DNA of 10,983 bases from Candidatus Zixiibacteriota bacterium (GCA_050117845.1 JASFLY010000048.1:1-10983); one strand, 5' to 3'; numbered from the stretch's first letter, positions 1 through 7,902 are shown. Notes: generated by a model not told the origin, from the letters alone. Numbers and translations: made by a program.

Positions 1-277
<277 letters not shown>

Positions 278-311
278 CTAGGATCTGTTATTTCGAGGTG
301 TCGTAGGTGGG

Positions 312-632
312 TTATTTGCTTTTTTTGCCGGTCTCTTTGCCCGTTTCGATTACGGCGAGGACGTCGTCTTCACGCATGATGAGGTATTCCTCGTCGTCTA
401 TCGTGACTTCGTTCCCGGCGTATTTGCCGAAAAGAATGCTGTCGCCGGCCTTAACGTCCAACGGTATCCTGTCGCCGTCTTCGTCGAGCCGACCGAGGCC
501 CACGGCTATTACTTCGCCGCGCTGAGGTTTCTCTTTGGCCGTATCCGGTATAATGATGCCGCCTTTTACGACTTCCTCTTCCTCGAGCCGCTTGACGAGG
601 ATCCGGTCGCCTAGAGGACGTACTTGGACCAT
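312..632 (-). CDS. groES: Co-chaperonin GroES
   Basis: [33 protein letters not shown] and GKYAGNEV...[13 protein letters not shown] motifs. RBS AAAGGAG at 641-647. Short C-terminal extension [11 protein letters not shown]. Confidence 0.99.
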   Translation of the reverse strand: MVQVRPLGDRILVKRLEEEEVVKGGIIIPDTAKEKPQRGEVIAVGLGRLDEDGDRIPLDVKAGDSILFGKYAGNEVTIDDEEYLIMREDDVLAVIETGKETGKKSK

Positions 633-720
633 ATACGGTACTCCTTTCTACGTTCTGGATTGAGTAAGCGCGTTTAAGGAAAGAAAGGTCGATAAGTATT
701 ATAATCCGGGAAATATATTC

Positions 721-736
721 GCAAATACTATGCCAA
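721..736 (-). promoter_or_regulatory. sigma54 (RpoN) -24/-12 promoter for groESL
   Basis: The minus strand reads TTGGCATAGTATTTGC, i.e. GG-N10-GC, matching TGGCAC-N5-TTGC. It lies about 90 bp upstream of the groES ATG. Confidence 0.75.
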
Positions 737-761
737 AACTTCCGCGTGCTAATGCCTTTAT

Positions 762-774
762 TATCAAGGCGTTA
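762..774 (+). promoter_or_regulatory. IHF-binding consensus site
   Basis: TATCAAGGCGTTA exactly matches WATCAANNNNTTR and lies between the -24/-12 element and the upstream palindromes. Confidence 0.6.
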
Positions 775-799
775 CGGGGGGTGGGGGCCAGGGCGCTTT

Positions 800-843
800 C
801 GCCAAATTGACGGTATACTGGGGGTGGGGCGTCAATTTGACGC
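800..843. promoter_or_regulatory. Pair of palindromic sites, putative enhancer-binding-protein UAS
   Basis: CGCCAA-A-TTGACG (800-812, imperfect) and GCGTCAA-T-TTGACGC (829-843, perfect). The centres are 30 bp apart, about 95 and 125 bp upstream of the predicted transcription start. Confidence 0.6.
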
Positions 844-889
844 GCCGAGGCGGTATCCGTTGGTGATGGGGAAGGGGAGGGCGAGGCTG

Positions 890-2776
890 CTACATATAAC
901 CCAGAGCCTTAAGGTCCTTACGTTCTTCTGGCAACCTGGATTCCGGTCCGACTGAACCGGGGCGGTTTGTACGGCTTATAAACCAGGTTTCTAGAAGGGC
1001 CGTCAAGTGGCTAAAACCGTCGTCCTCGGGTAGTGGCCTTTGTTCACCGGGATCGGATTCAAGGTCGTAGTATTCGAACGACGTTTCGGCGGGGAGAGCG
1101 GCCATAATAGCTTTTTTTTCTTTTACGATAACGGCGGCCAGCGACTTCTCGCCCCCGGTCCGAAGGACCGTGAATACCGGCCGGTCAGCAGTAACGTCGC
1201 CGGTTAACAGGCCCGGCTCCCCGTCCATCGTCGTGGGGACTTCGATTCCGAGGTAGTTTAACACCGAAGGGGCGAGGTCGACGAGGCTGATGGGCGTATC
1301 AGGTTCGACCGTCTCGAGAGAGGCGTTGTCCCTGGCCGGCATGGCAATTACTAACGGGACGCGCGTCGTTTCTTCGTATAGCGTTTTCCGGTGCTCGTAA
1401 AAGCCGTGTTCGAGAAACTCCTCGCCGTGATCCGACGAGATTATTACGAGGGTGTTAGGGCGGTTTCTAATCTCGGCGAGGACTTCGGCGACGTACGCAT
1501 CGGTCGTTTTAATTTCGTAATCGTATAGAGCCTTAATCGTTTCGACGTTTTCCGGGCGCAGTTTGTTGCGTTTATAACCATATTCTTGTGAACCGATCAA
1601 CCACGGCGCTTCGGTTGCAAGCAGTTCGTCGGTAGGCCGGTACGGGTAATGGGGGTCGAAATAATGGATCCATACGAATTTGGGTCGACGTGTCGGTTTA
1701 CGAAGTACCGTTAAAGCTTTCTCGGTTAGAAGCCGGTTTAAGAGTCCCGGTTCGGCGATTCCGGCTTTTCGGCCGCGCGAAGCGAAATACCAAGCGCTGT
1801 CGTAGTAACGGACGGCGCGTAGGAAAGGGTGGAATCTGACATAATCAAACGACGCGAATCCTCGGAACATTATCCGGATCGTTTCGAGGTAAGGATTACA
1901 TAAAACGGCGTAGGTATCGTAACCGTTCTCCCGCATAACTTCGGCCCACGTCGGCCTCAAATCCTTCTTATATTCGTAATAGTCGCCACGCGTCACGTTA
2001 TACGAACCGGTAAGCATCCCGGCGAAGGATTCGGGTGTAAACGAGGATGGGGAGTAGACGTTATTTAGGGTTACGCCGTATTCGTCGGCGTAGGCCGTAA
2101 CGGCCGGCGCGAAATCGGCGTTCAAACCATCCGCCCGCCAGGCGTCGAGCGTGATAACGACCACGTCCGGAAGGCCGTCGGGCACGGGTCTACTCATCGC
2201 GCGGATAAACAGCGCTCCGTGCAAAGCGAAACCGCCGACCAGCCCTCCGATCAGGACTACCCGGCCGACGGTTTTAGTGGTCCTGCGAACGGCCGGGGAG
2301 CGCCGCCTTACTCGGGCCGTGAATGTAAAAAGCGTTATAACGGCCGCCAACGCGATGAGGCTTGCGAGTGCTGGAAAGAGGGAATTCTTGGCGCCGCCCG
2401 GGCCGAAGATACGGTATGTTAACAAAACCGCGATTAAACTAAGATTGACCCAAACCGCGCCGGCCGCGACGCCAACTAACGCCCGTCCGGCCGTCTCCGC
2501 GATGCCGATTTTACGGCCGCGGATATGGTCGTAAACGGCTCCCGCCGCCGTTATAAATGCCCACGCTAGGACCGAGATACAACCGTAGAAAACGGTGCGG
2601 TTGGCGATTACTGTGGTTATACTCCGGCTGTAGTAGAAACTGGGGGGGAACAGGCCGCGGTGAATCACGGTTTCAGTTAAAGCCCAGAGTACGCCGACGC
2701 TTATACTGGCGGCGAGTAACGTCGCCCAACGGGCGATTTTGGCGTATTGGGAGGATGGGTTTGCGTCGTTGGCCAT
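890..2776 (-). CDS. Membrane-anchored sulfatase-like / alkaline phosphatase superfamily hydrolase or transferase (paralogue A)
   Basis: About five N-terminal hydrophobic segments. These are followed by VVVITLDAWRAD, SPSSFTPESFAGMLTG, HYFDPHYPY, SSDHGEEF, LYEE..RVPL, YDLESDPGE and a C-terminal LKALGYM, all typical of sulfatase-like proteins. Confidence 0.9.
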   Translation of the reverse strand: MANDANPSSQYAKIARWATLLAASISVGVLWALTETVIHRGLFPPSFYYSRSITTVIANRTVFYGCISVLAWAFITAAGAVYDHIRGRKIGIAETAGRALVGVAAGAVWVNLSLIAVLLTYRIFGPGGAKNSLFPALASLIALAAVITLFTFTARVRRRSPAVRRTTKTVGRVVLIGGLVGGFALHGALFIRAMSRPVPDGLPDVVVITLDAWRADGLNADFAPAVTAYADEYGVTLNNVYSPSSFTPESFAGMLTGSYNVTRGDYYEYKKDLRPTWAEVMRENGYDTYAVLCNPYLETIRIMFRGFASFDYVRFHPFLRAVRYYDSAWYFASRGRKAGIAEPGLLNRLLTEKALTVLRKPTRRPKFVWIHYFDPHYPYRPTDELLATEAPWLIGSQEYGYKRNKLRPENVETIKALYDYEIKTTDAYVAEVLAEIRNRPNTLVIISSDHGEEFLEHGFYEHRKTLYEETTRVPLVIAMPARDNASLETVEPDTPISLVDLAPSVLNYLGIEVPTTMDGEPGLLTGDVTADRPVFTVLRTGGEKSLAAVIVKEKKAIMAALPAETSFEYYDLESDPGEQRPLPEDDGFSHLTALLETWFISRTNRPGSVGPESRLPEERKDLKALGYM

Positions 2777-2803
2777 ACTCGGTTATCACCCGTAAGCGGT
2801 CGG

Positions 2804-4687
2804 CTACATATAACCTAGAGCCTTGAGATCTTTACGCTGACCGAATACGGATGCTTCGGCTCCGGTTTCAGCGAGGAATCGCCGATTGCCTTCGACCCAG
2901 GATTTTACTTCCTCTTCGTACTTACGCCCCTCCGCGTCAAGGGGTAGGGGGTGTAGTTCGCCGGGATCGTTGGTTAAGTCGAAGTACTCAGTGCTGACAT
3001 CGTCGTTGGTATAAGTGAGAATAATTTTTCTATTACCTTTGACCATTGAAGCGCGAAAGGCGTCCGCCTTGGGAAGGAAGCCGTATACGGTTTCTTCGTT
3101 GAGCGGGTATTCGGCTAATAAGCCGTCGTAACCATCCATAGTGGCGGGTAGTTTAAACCCGAGGTAATTTAAGATGGAGGGGCCGAGGGCGGTCAGGCTG
3201 ACCGGCGCTTCCGTGGCCGGAGAGGATATCGGGGCGGGTTTTCCCTCCGGTAGTATTATAGCGAAAGGTACCCGCGTTACCTCGTCGTATAGAGTATAGC
3301 CGTGGCGGTCACCGCCGTGTTCGTAGAATTCCTCGCCGTGATCCGAGGATATTATGGTAATTGTGTTCGGCCTATCGGAGAGTTCCCGTACGAGCGGGGC
3401 GAGTAGGAAGTCTGTGCTAGCGGCTTCGGCGTCATACAGGCCTTTTAGGATGGGGCCGTTTTCTTCGGAGAAATATTTCCGGTCGAGGCCGTAGTCCTGT
3501 TTGTCCATTAAATCCGGACGTTCTTTTTTTAGTAACGAAGGGAGCGGTTGGTACGGGAAGTGGGGATCGAGTACGTGGAGCCAGATGAATTTCGGCCGGC
3601 GGGAGGATTTAAGGAGCGTGGTTAACGCCTTATCTCGTATACGGGAAGTAGTGTCCCCCGGGATTTCCGGTACCGAACTGTGTTCGCGTAATATGAAATA
3701 CGCCAACGTGTCATAATAACCGATAGCCTTCAGAAACGGCTGCCGGTGTTTGACGTGGTAGAAGTCGTCGAAGCCGCGGAAGTGCCGTCGCACCGTGTCC
3801 AGATGCGGATTGCTAATAACGGCGTACGTATCGTACCCGTTTTCGTACATTACTTCCGCCCAAGTGGGGCGGTTTTCGCCGGGCGGTTCAACGCCGCTTA
3901 TCGGCGTAACGTTGTACGAACCCGTTAACATACTGGCGAAGGAGGGTAGCGTCCACGAGGACGGCGAACGTGCGTTTTCGAAGATAACGCCGTGGTCGCG
4001 GGCGAAACCGAATAAATTCGGCATTACGCGGTCATTGAACATATCGGTTCGCCATGCGTCCAGCGTGATAACGACGATGTCGGGCGTCGGCGGTGCGGGC
4101 CTACGGGAAGGTTGATAAGCCTCCCGCGCCAAAGCGAAACCGGCCGCCCCGATCGCGAAGGCCAGCGCCAAGTAACCCACGGCATTGCTAATCTGTGCTA
4201 ATCGTGGCTTCTTCCCTCGCCACCGTATGAACAGCGCGAAAACTCCGGCGACGATTAAAACTATAACGACGCCGGTTAAAGCCGCGGTAGGTTTCTTGGC
4301 CGCGCCTATTTGTAATTTTCGGAAAAGGGAATAAAGGACCAGTACGGCCGCGGTATACGTAACGGCCAGCGCGGCCGTAGTCGATAGGCTCCTCGCGGCC
4401 GCTCGGCGAGCCGGATAGCCCCGCCGTTTAATCCGGAATATTATGTAAAAAAGGATCCACGCAACGGCGGCCAGCGCTGCGGCGAGGACGACGTAAAATG
4501 GCGACCGGCCCGCGAAGCCCTCACAGAAACTCCGGTCGAAGGCGTAACCTGTCGGTATAACGCGATGGATGAATAAGGTCTCGGCGAGCGCCCAGTAGAA
4601 ACCGACGGCGTAAATACCGGCGAGCCATAAAGCCGCCCGGGCGGCGGATATTATGAGGGAGGAGCGTGTCTTACTGGGGCCCGGCAT
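2804..4687 (-). CDS. Membrane-anchored sulfatase-like / alkaline phosphatase superfamily hydrolase or transferase (paralogue B)
   Basis: Same architecture: TM segments, IVVITLDAWRTD, SPSSWTLPSFASMLTG, HVLDPHFPY, SSDHGEEF, FDLTNDPGE, LKALGYM. The start is placed at ATG 4687 (MPGPSK..., 627 aa), 4 nt after the accD stop, rather than at 4786, which would overlap accD. Confidence 0.9.
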   Translation of the reverse strand: MPGPSKTRSSLIISAARAALWLAGIYAVGFYWALAETLFIHRVIPTGYAFDRSFCEGFAGRSPFYVVLAAALAAVAWILFYIIFRIKRRGYPARRAAARSLSTTAALAVTYTAAVLVLYSLFRKLQIGAAKKPTAALTGVVIVLIVAGVFALFIRWRGKKPRLAQISNAVGYLALAFAIGAAGFALAREAYQPSRRPAPPTPDIVVITLDAWRTDMFNDRVMPNLFGFARDHGVIFENARSPSSWTLPSFASMLTGSYNVTPISGVEPPGENRPTWAEVMYENGYDTYAVISNPHLDTVRRHFRGFDDFYHVKHRQPFLKAIGYYDTLAYFILREHSSVPEIPGDTTSRIRDKALTTLLKSSRRPKFIWLHVLDPHFPYQPLPSLLKKERPDLMDKQDYGLDRKYFSEENGPILKGLYDAEAASTDFLLAPLVRELSDRPNTITIISSDHGEEFYEHGGDRHGYTLYDEVTRVPFAIILPEGKPAPISSPATEAPVSLTALGPSILNYLGFKLPATMDGYDGLLAEYPLNEETVYGFLPKADAFRASMVKGNRKIILTYTNDDVSTEYFDLTNDPGELHPLPLDAEGRKYEEEVKSWVEGNRRFLAETGAEASVFGQRKDLKALGYM

Positions 4688-4691
4688 GCAT

Positions 4692-5549
4692 TTACGGCCC
4701 GTTAGGGACGGAAGGGGCGGGGGTAAGCAAATCCAGTAAACGCGAGACGACTCCCCGGATGTCCCGCCGGTGCGAGACGACGTCAACGAAGCCGTGTTCG
4801 AGTTGGAACTCCGCCCGCTGGAAGCCCGGGGGGAGTTCCTGCCGAATCGTCTCCATTATAACGCGGGGGCCCGCAAAGCCCATCAGAGCGTTCGGCTCGG
4901 CCACCGTAACGTCGCCGACCGAAGCGTACGAAGCCATAACGCCGGCCGTTGTAGGGTCGGAGATAATTACTATGTAGGGCTGGCCGGCGTCCGCTAGTTC
5001 GGCCGCGGCCGCGTTCGTTTTGCCGAGTTGCATCAGCGAGATAACGCCTTCCTGCATCCGGGCTCCGCCGGAGGCCGCGGCTACGACGACCGGGCAATTC
5101 TGTTCAACGCCCCGCTGGAACGTTCGGGCGATTTTCTCGCCCACGACGCTGCCCATCGAACCGCCGATGAAAGAGAACTCCATGGCCGCCAGGGATATCG
5201 GCTTGGCGTCGAGGGTGGCGAGGCCGCAGATGACGGCGTCCTTCACTCCGGCCTTTTTCGTCGTATCGACGATCCGTTTGGCGTAGGGTTTGCGGTCGGT
5301 GAAGGATAGTACGTCCACCGGCGTGAGATCGGCGTCGAATTCCTGGAACGAACCGGGGTCCGAAATCAGTTCGATACGTTTATACGCACTTAACGGGAAA
5401 TGGTAGTCGCACTTCGGGCATACCATGAGGTTGCGCTCAAGTTCGGCGGCGAAGAGAGGTTCCCGGCAGTTCTTGCACTTCACCCATACGCCCGAAGGTA
5501 TTTTCCCCTTCGATTTGTCCATATCGTTGCCTGTTTCGTTTTCGGCCAT
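4692..5549 (-). CDS. accD: Acetyl-CoA carboxylase carboxyltransferase beta subunit
   Basis: Zn finger WVKCKNC...VCPKCDYH, plus FIGGSMGSVVGEKI, SGGARMQEG, PTTAGVMASYA, GFAGPRVI and FQRAEF..EHGFVD motifs. The likely start is ATG 5549 with GAAGG upstream; the track's 5606 start is a TTG. Confidence 0.97.
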   Translation of the reverse strand: MAENETGNDMDKSKGKIPSGVWVKCKNCREPLFAAELERNLMVCPKCDYHFPLSAYKRIELISDPGSFQEFDADLTPVDVLSFTDRKPYAKRIVDTTKKAGVKDAVICGLATLDAKPISLAAMEFSFIGGSMGSVVGEKIARTFQRGVEQNCPVVVAAASGGARMQEGVISLMQLGKTNAAAAELADAGQPYIVIISDPTTAGVMASYASVGDVTVAEPNALMGFAGPRVIMETIRQELPPGFQRAEFQLEHGFVDVVSHRRDIRGVVSRLLDLLTPAPSVPNGP

Positions 5550-5617
5550 ACGATGTAAACCTTCGTTGCGGTGGTGGAAACGACAGGTATCACCGCGTCG
5601 CGGCAAAAGACAACCTA

Positions 5618-5626
5618 ATTATACCA
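5618..5626 (-). promoter_or_regulatory. Extended -10 promoter element upstream of accD
   Basis: The minus strand reads TGGTATAAT (TGn + perfect TATAAT) in the gap between the MscS stop and accD. No good -35. Confidence 0.55.
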
Positions 5627-5644
5627 TAAATGGCCGCCACGTCG

Positions 5645-7195
5645 TCATTTGAGATCGAAAAAATCCTTGATGCGTTTTAAGACGTTTTCTCGGGAGTATT
5701 CTTTCTCCACCGCGGCGGCGGCTTCGGCGTCGCCGGCTTCGGCGAATTCTTTTTCGATTTCCGCGTGACGTTTCGCCACCGCGCGGGAAAGCTTCTCAGC
5801 CACTTTCGGGTGAGCCGCAATGATTTCTTTAAATTCGTCCTTGTTGATTACTAATAAATCGGCGTCGGTGCGCGCCGTGATGGTCGCTCGGCGCGGTTCC
5901 CCGGTCAATAGGGACATTTCTCCGAAATAATAGCCGGGGCCGAATATACCGACGTCGAATATTGTGCCGTCCGGCTGCTTTACGGTGACGTCCACGTCGC
6001 CGGAAACGAGGATGAAGAACTCGTAACCCGCCGGGTCTCCCTGGCGGACCACTTTCTCGCCGGCGGCGTAACGCGCTTCGATGACGGCTGTCGCAAGGCC
6101 GGCTTTTTCCGCCTTCGAGAGGTCCGCTAGCAACTCGACTCCGTCCAGATAGGTCCTTATTCGTTCCAGGCGGGTTTGTTCCGCCCTCGCTTCGGCCTTA
6201 TCGTCCACCTGTCGTAAGGTGACGTTACGGATCGGGAACGGAATCGTAATGCCGTCGCGCTTGAAGTGGTACCAGATATTAGTCATTATCCGGTCTTCGG
6301 TTCGCGGCACGTCCGCGAAGTCGTTAAGCCAGTAACGGAGCCGGTAGGTAATGGCGAAGTCGCCGTAATTCGTGAGTAAGACATCCGGCGGAGGTTGGGG
6401 GAGAACGCCCTTGGCGGCTAGCGCGGCTTCGCGGAGGACACCTTTAACTTTATTGGGGGGTTCCGCGTAAACCACGCCCACTTCGATCTGGCGGCGTTGC
6501 AACGGCGTGGGAACGGAGTAATTAAATATTTCCGTTTTAGCTATATTCGCGTTCGGGATTTCGATGAGGTGATTATCGCGGGTTTTGATGCGGGTGGAAC
6601 GCCAGGACGTAGACACGACGGTCCCGGTTTGGTTATACGCGGTGACCCAGTCCCCGACGCGGAAGGGCTTGCCTATTTGAAGGGCGATTCCCGCGAATAT
6701 ATTCGCGAGGGTGTCTTGCATCGCGAGGCCGATAACGGCGGAGAGTACCGTCGAGGTTGCGATAAGGGCCGTGGGTTCGAGGCCCATGAAAGCCTTTAAC
6801 GCGAAGAGTGTGGCCAGGACGATAACGGCCAGGCGGATAACGTCCCGGACGATACGGGGCAGCTCGAGAGGCCTGCGTTCCCGGGCGACTCGCGAGAGAA
6901 GAAGCTGTTCTATAAGGACGTATAAGAGGTAAACGCCAAATACGAATATTAGGGCGTCGAGGAAGTGGCGCGCCGTGTCGGTTAATCCGTAAAGAAATAT
7001 CCGTTCGAAAGCCGCCGCAGCGAGGAGTAGGAGGAATATATTGACGGAGACCCGCAGGCCTTTGATCTTTAATAATCTCCGGATAGAGGCATAGATAACC
7101 CGCCCCCCGACGAAGACGAGGGCCGCGGCGCCGACTGCCAGGAATACGCTCCATAAGGTTGCGCCGAAAAAATCTTTCGCGTTTTCCAGCCACAT
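5645..7195 (-). CDS. MscS-family mechanosensitive channel fused to a C-terminal cyclic-nucleotide-binding domain (bCNG-like)
   Basis: N-terminal TM helices. MscS core: VIGLAMQDTLANIFAGI..KPFRVGDWV..GTV..WRSTRIKT..IPNA..FKRDGITIPFP. cNMP domain: YAAGEKVVRQGDP..FFILVSGDV..YFGEMSLLTGEPRRATITA. Confidence 0.93.
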   Translation of the reverse strand: MWLENAKDFFGATLWSVFLAVGAAALVFVGGRVIYASIRRLLKIKGLRVSVNIFLLLLAAAAFERIFLYGLTDTARHFLDALIFVFGVYLLYVLIEQLLLSRVARERRPLELPRIVRDVIRLAVIVLATLFALKAFMGLEPTALIATSTVLSAVIGLAMQDTLANIFAGIALQIGKPFRVGDWVTAYNQTGTVVSTSWRSTRIKTRDNHLIEIPNANIAKTEIFNYSVPTPLQRRQIEVGVVYAEPPNKVKGVLREAALAAKGVLPQPPPDVLLTNYGDFAITYRLRYWLNDFADVPRTEDRIMTNIWYHFKRDGITIPFPIRNVTLRQVDDKAEARAEQTRLERIRTYLDGVELLADLSKAEKAGLATAVIEARYAAGEKVVRQGDPAGYEFFILVSGDVDVTVKQPDGTIFDVGIFGPGYYFGEMSLLTGEPRRATITARTDADLLVINKDEFKEIIAAHPKVAEKLSRAVAKRHAEIEKEFAEAGDAEAAAAVEKEYSRENVLKRIKDFFDLK

Positions 7196-7221
7196 AATAA
7201 ATTAGCTAAGCCTTGCACGGC

Positions 7222-7250
7222 ATTATCCCACAGTGGCCGGCACAAGTCAA
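7222..7250 (-). promoter_or_regulatory. sigma70-type promoter for the MscS-cNMP gene
   Basis: Minus strand TTGACT-N17-GATAAT with an extended TG, ending 26 nt before the ATG at 7195. Confidence 0.65.
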
Positions 7251-7293
7251 CTGCCGCGACGCGGAGGGATTGACGTCGTGCCGGGAAGCCGGG

Positions 7294-7317
7294 AGTCGCC
7301 CGGCCGGGCGGCTTTTT
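7294..7317 (+). terminator. Intrinsic terminator-like hairpin
   Basis: AGTCGCCC-GGCC-GGGCGGCT followed by a T run on the plus strand. No obvious plus-strand gene precedes it. Confidence 0.4.
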
Positions 7318-7448
7318 CCCTGAGGGTTGTTAAACCGGTTCGGGAACGTACACGCCAATATATCCTCGCGCGGCGTTGGTCGCGACCACGCTCGGGCGCC
7401 GAGCCAATCAGGAAATCTCCCGCCGTCGGCCGTCGTTTAATTGGAAAC

Positions 7449-7712
7449 TTACCAGCTACAATCGCAATCTTTACACCGCCACTGCGGGTCGTCGCCGGTG
7501 ACGATTCAACCGCCTAGGCAGACTTCGCCCCGGTCGGCGGCCTCGAAAAGCTCCTCGCTGGGATAACCGTATACGATAGGGACTACGTACTCGTTAGAGC
7601 CGCATTCGGGGCAGGCCGGCGTACTTTGAGACGCAGTTTCTCCGGCGGCGCTCGCAGCGAAAGCAATCACTAGTAGGATAGCTAGTAACCGAGGGGCGTT
7701 TAGTGCCTTCAT
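7449..7712 (-). CDS. Small secreted two-CxxC (zinc-ribbon-like) protein with in-frame TGA at codon 69; candidate selenoprotein (87 aa)
   Basis: RBS GGAGGT at 7723-7728, then a signal-peptide-like N-terminus. The rest reads CPECGS..VPIVYGYPSEELFEAADRGEVCLGG-[TGA 7506-7508]-IVTGDDPQWRCKDCDCSW-TAA (7449-7451). The post-TGA peptide completes the familiar family pattern GGC...P.W.C..C...W. Confidence 0.75.
7461..7505 (-). promoter_or_regulatory. Putative bacterial SECIS element
   Basis: mRNA after UGA: AUCGUCACCGGCGACGAC-CCGC-AGUG-GCGG-UGUAAAGAUUGCGAU. The apical hairpin CCGC/GCGG (7476-7487) has loop AGUG starting 22 nt after UGA. A lower stem AUCG..CGAU is possible. Confidence 0.5.
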
Positions 7713-7863
7713 GTTGGGGATTACCTCCGGGCCGGATTTAAGGTGTCGAAAGTATTTAGGGAAGACCGTAAGACGTTATCTTCTTTACGCCTTCGACGGA
7801 TATTACTTGTGCGGAGGTTTAATCTCGGCCTAGTAGTATCGGCATTTGGCCGGACGGCGGGTT

Positions 7864-7896
7864 TAAAACTAACAAGGGCCCCGCACGGGGCCCTTG
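7864..7896 (-). terminator. Intrinsic terminator after tRNA-Pro
   Basis: Perfect inverted repeat CAAGGGCCCCG-CA-CGGGGCCCTTG (7873-7896), followed on the minus strand by TTAGTTTT. Confidence 0.85.
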
Positions 7897-7902
7897 GAGT
7901 AT

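Noticed and set aside
323..346. ETGK-ETGK tandem repeat at the GroES C-terminus
   Set aside because: Only two imperfect 12-nt units in a charged tail, likely trivial.
726..752. CIRCE element upstream of groES (GCGTGCTAA at 744-752 matches the right arm 8/9)
   Set aside because: The left arm position 9 nt upstream reads TACTATGCC, not TTAGCACTC. It is only a half-site.
776..881. G-tracts (GGGGGTGGGG twice, GGGGAAGGGGAGGG) as a G-quadruplex
   Set aside because: The tracts are irregularly spaced, and the region is better explained by the sigma54 enhancer architecture. There is no independent support.
4688..4786. N-terminal extension of sulfatase-like paralogue B to 4786
   Set aside because: It overlaps the conserved accD C-terminus. 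ATG 4687 gives a length matching the paralogue.
6633..7193. 186-aa alternative-frame ORF, and other ORFs nested in accD, the sulfatase-like genes and the sheath gene
   Set aside because: Arg/Pro-rich off-frame or antisense ORFs inside well-supported genes, as expected in GC-rich DNA.
7506..7508. Genome-wide TGA reassignment (code 4 or 25) as the explanation for the in-frame TGA
   Set aside because: TGA terminates the MscS gene and two coupled phage-like genes, and Trp is encoded by TGG throughout.
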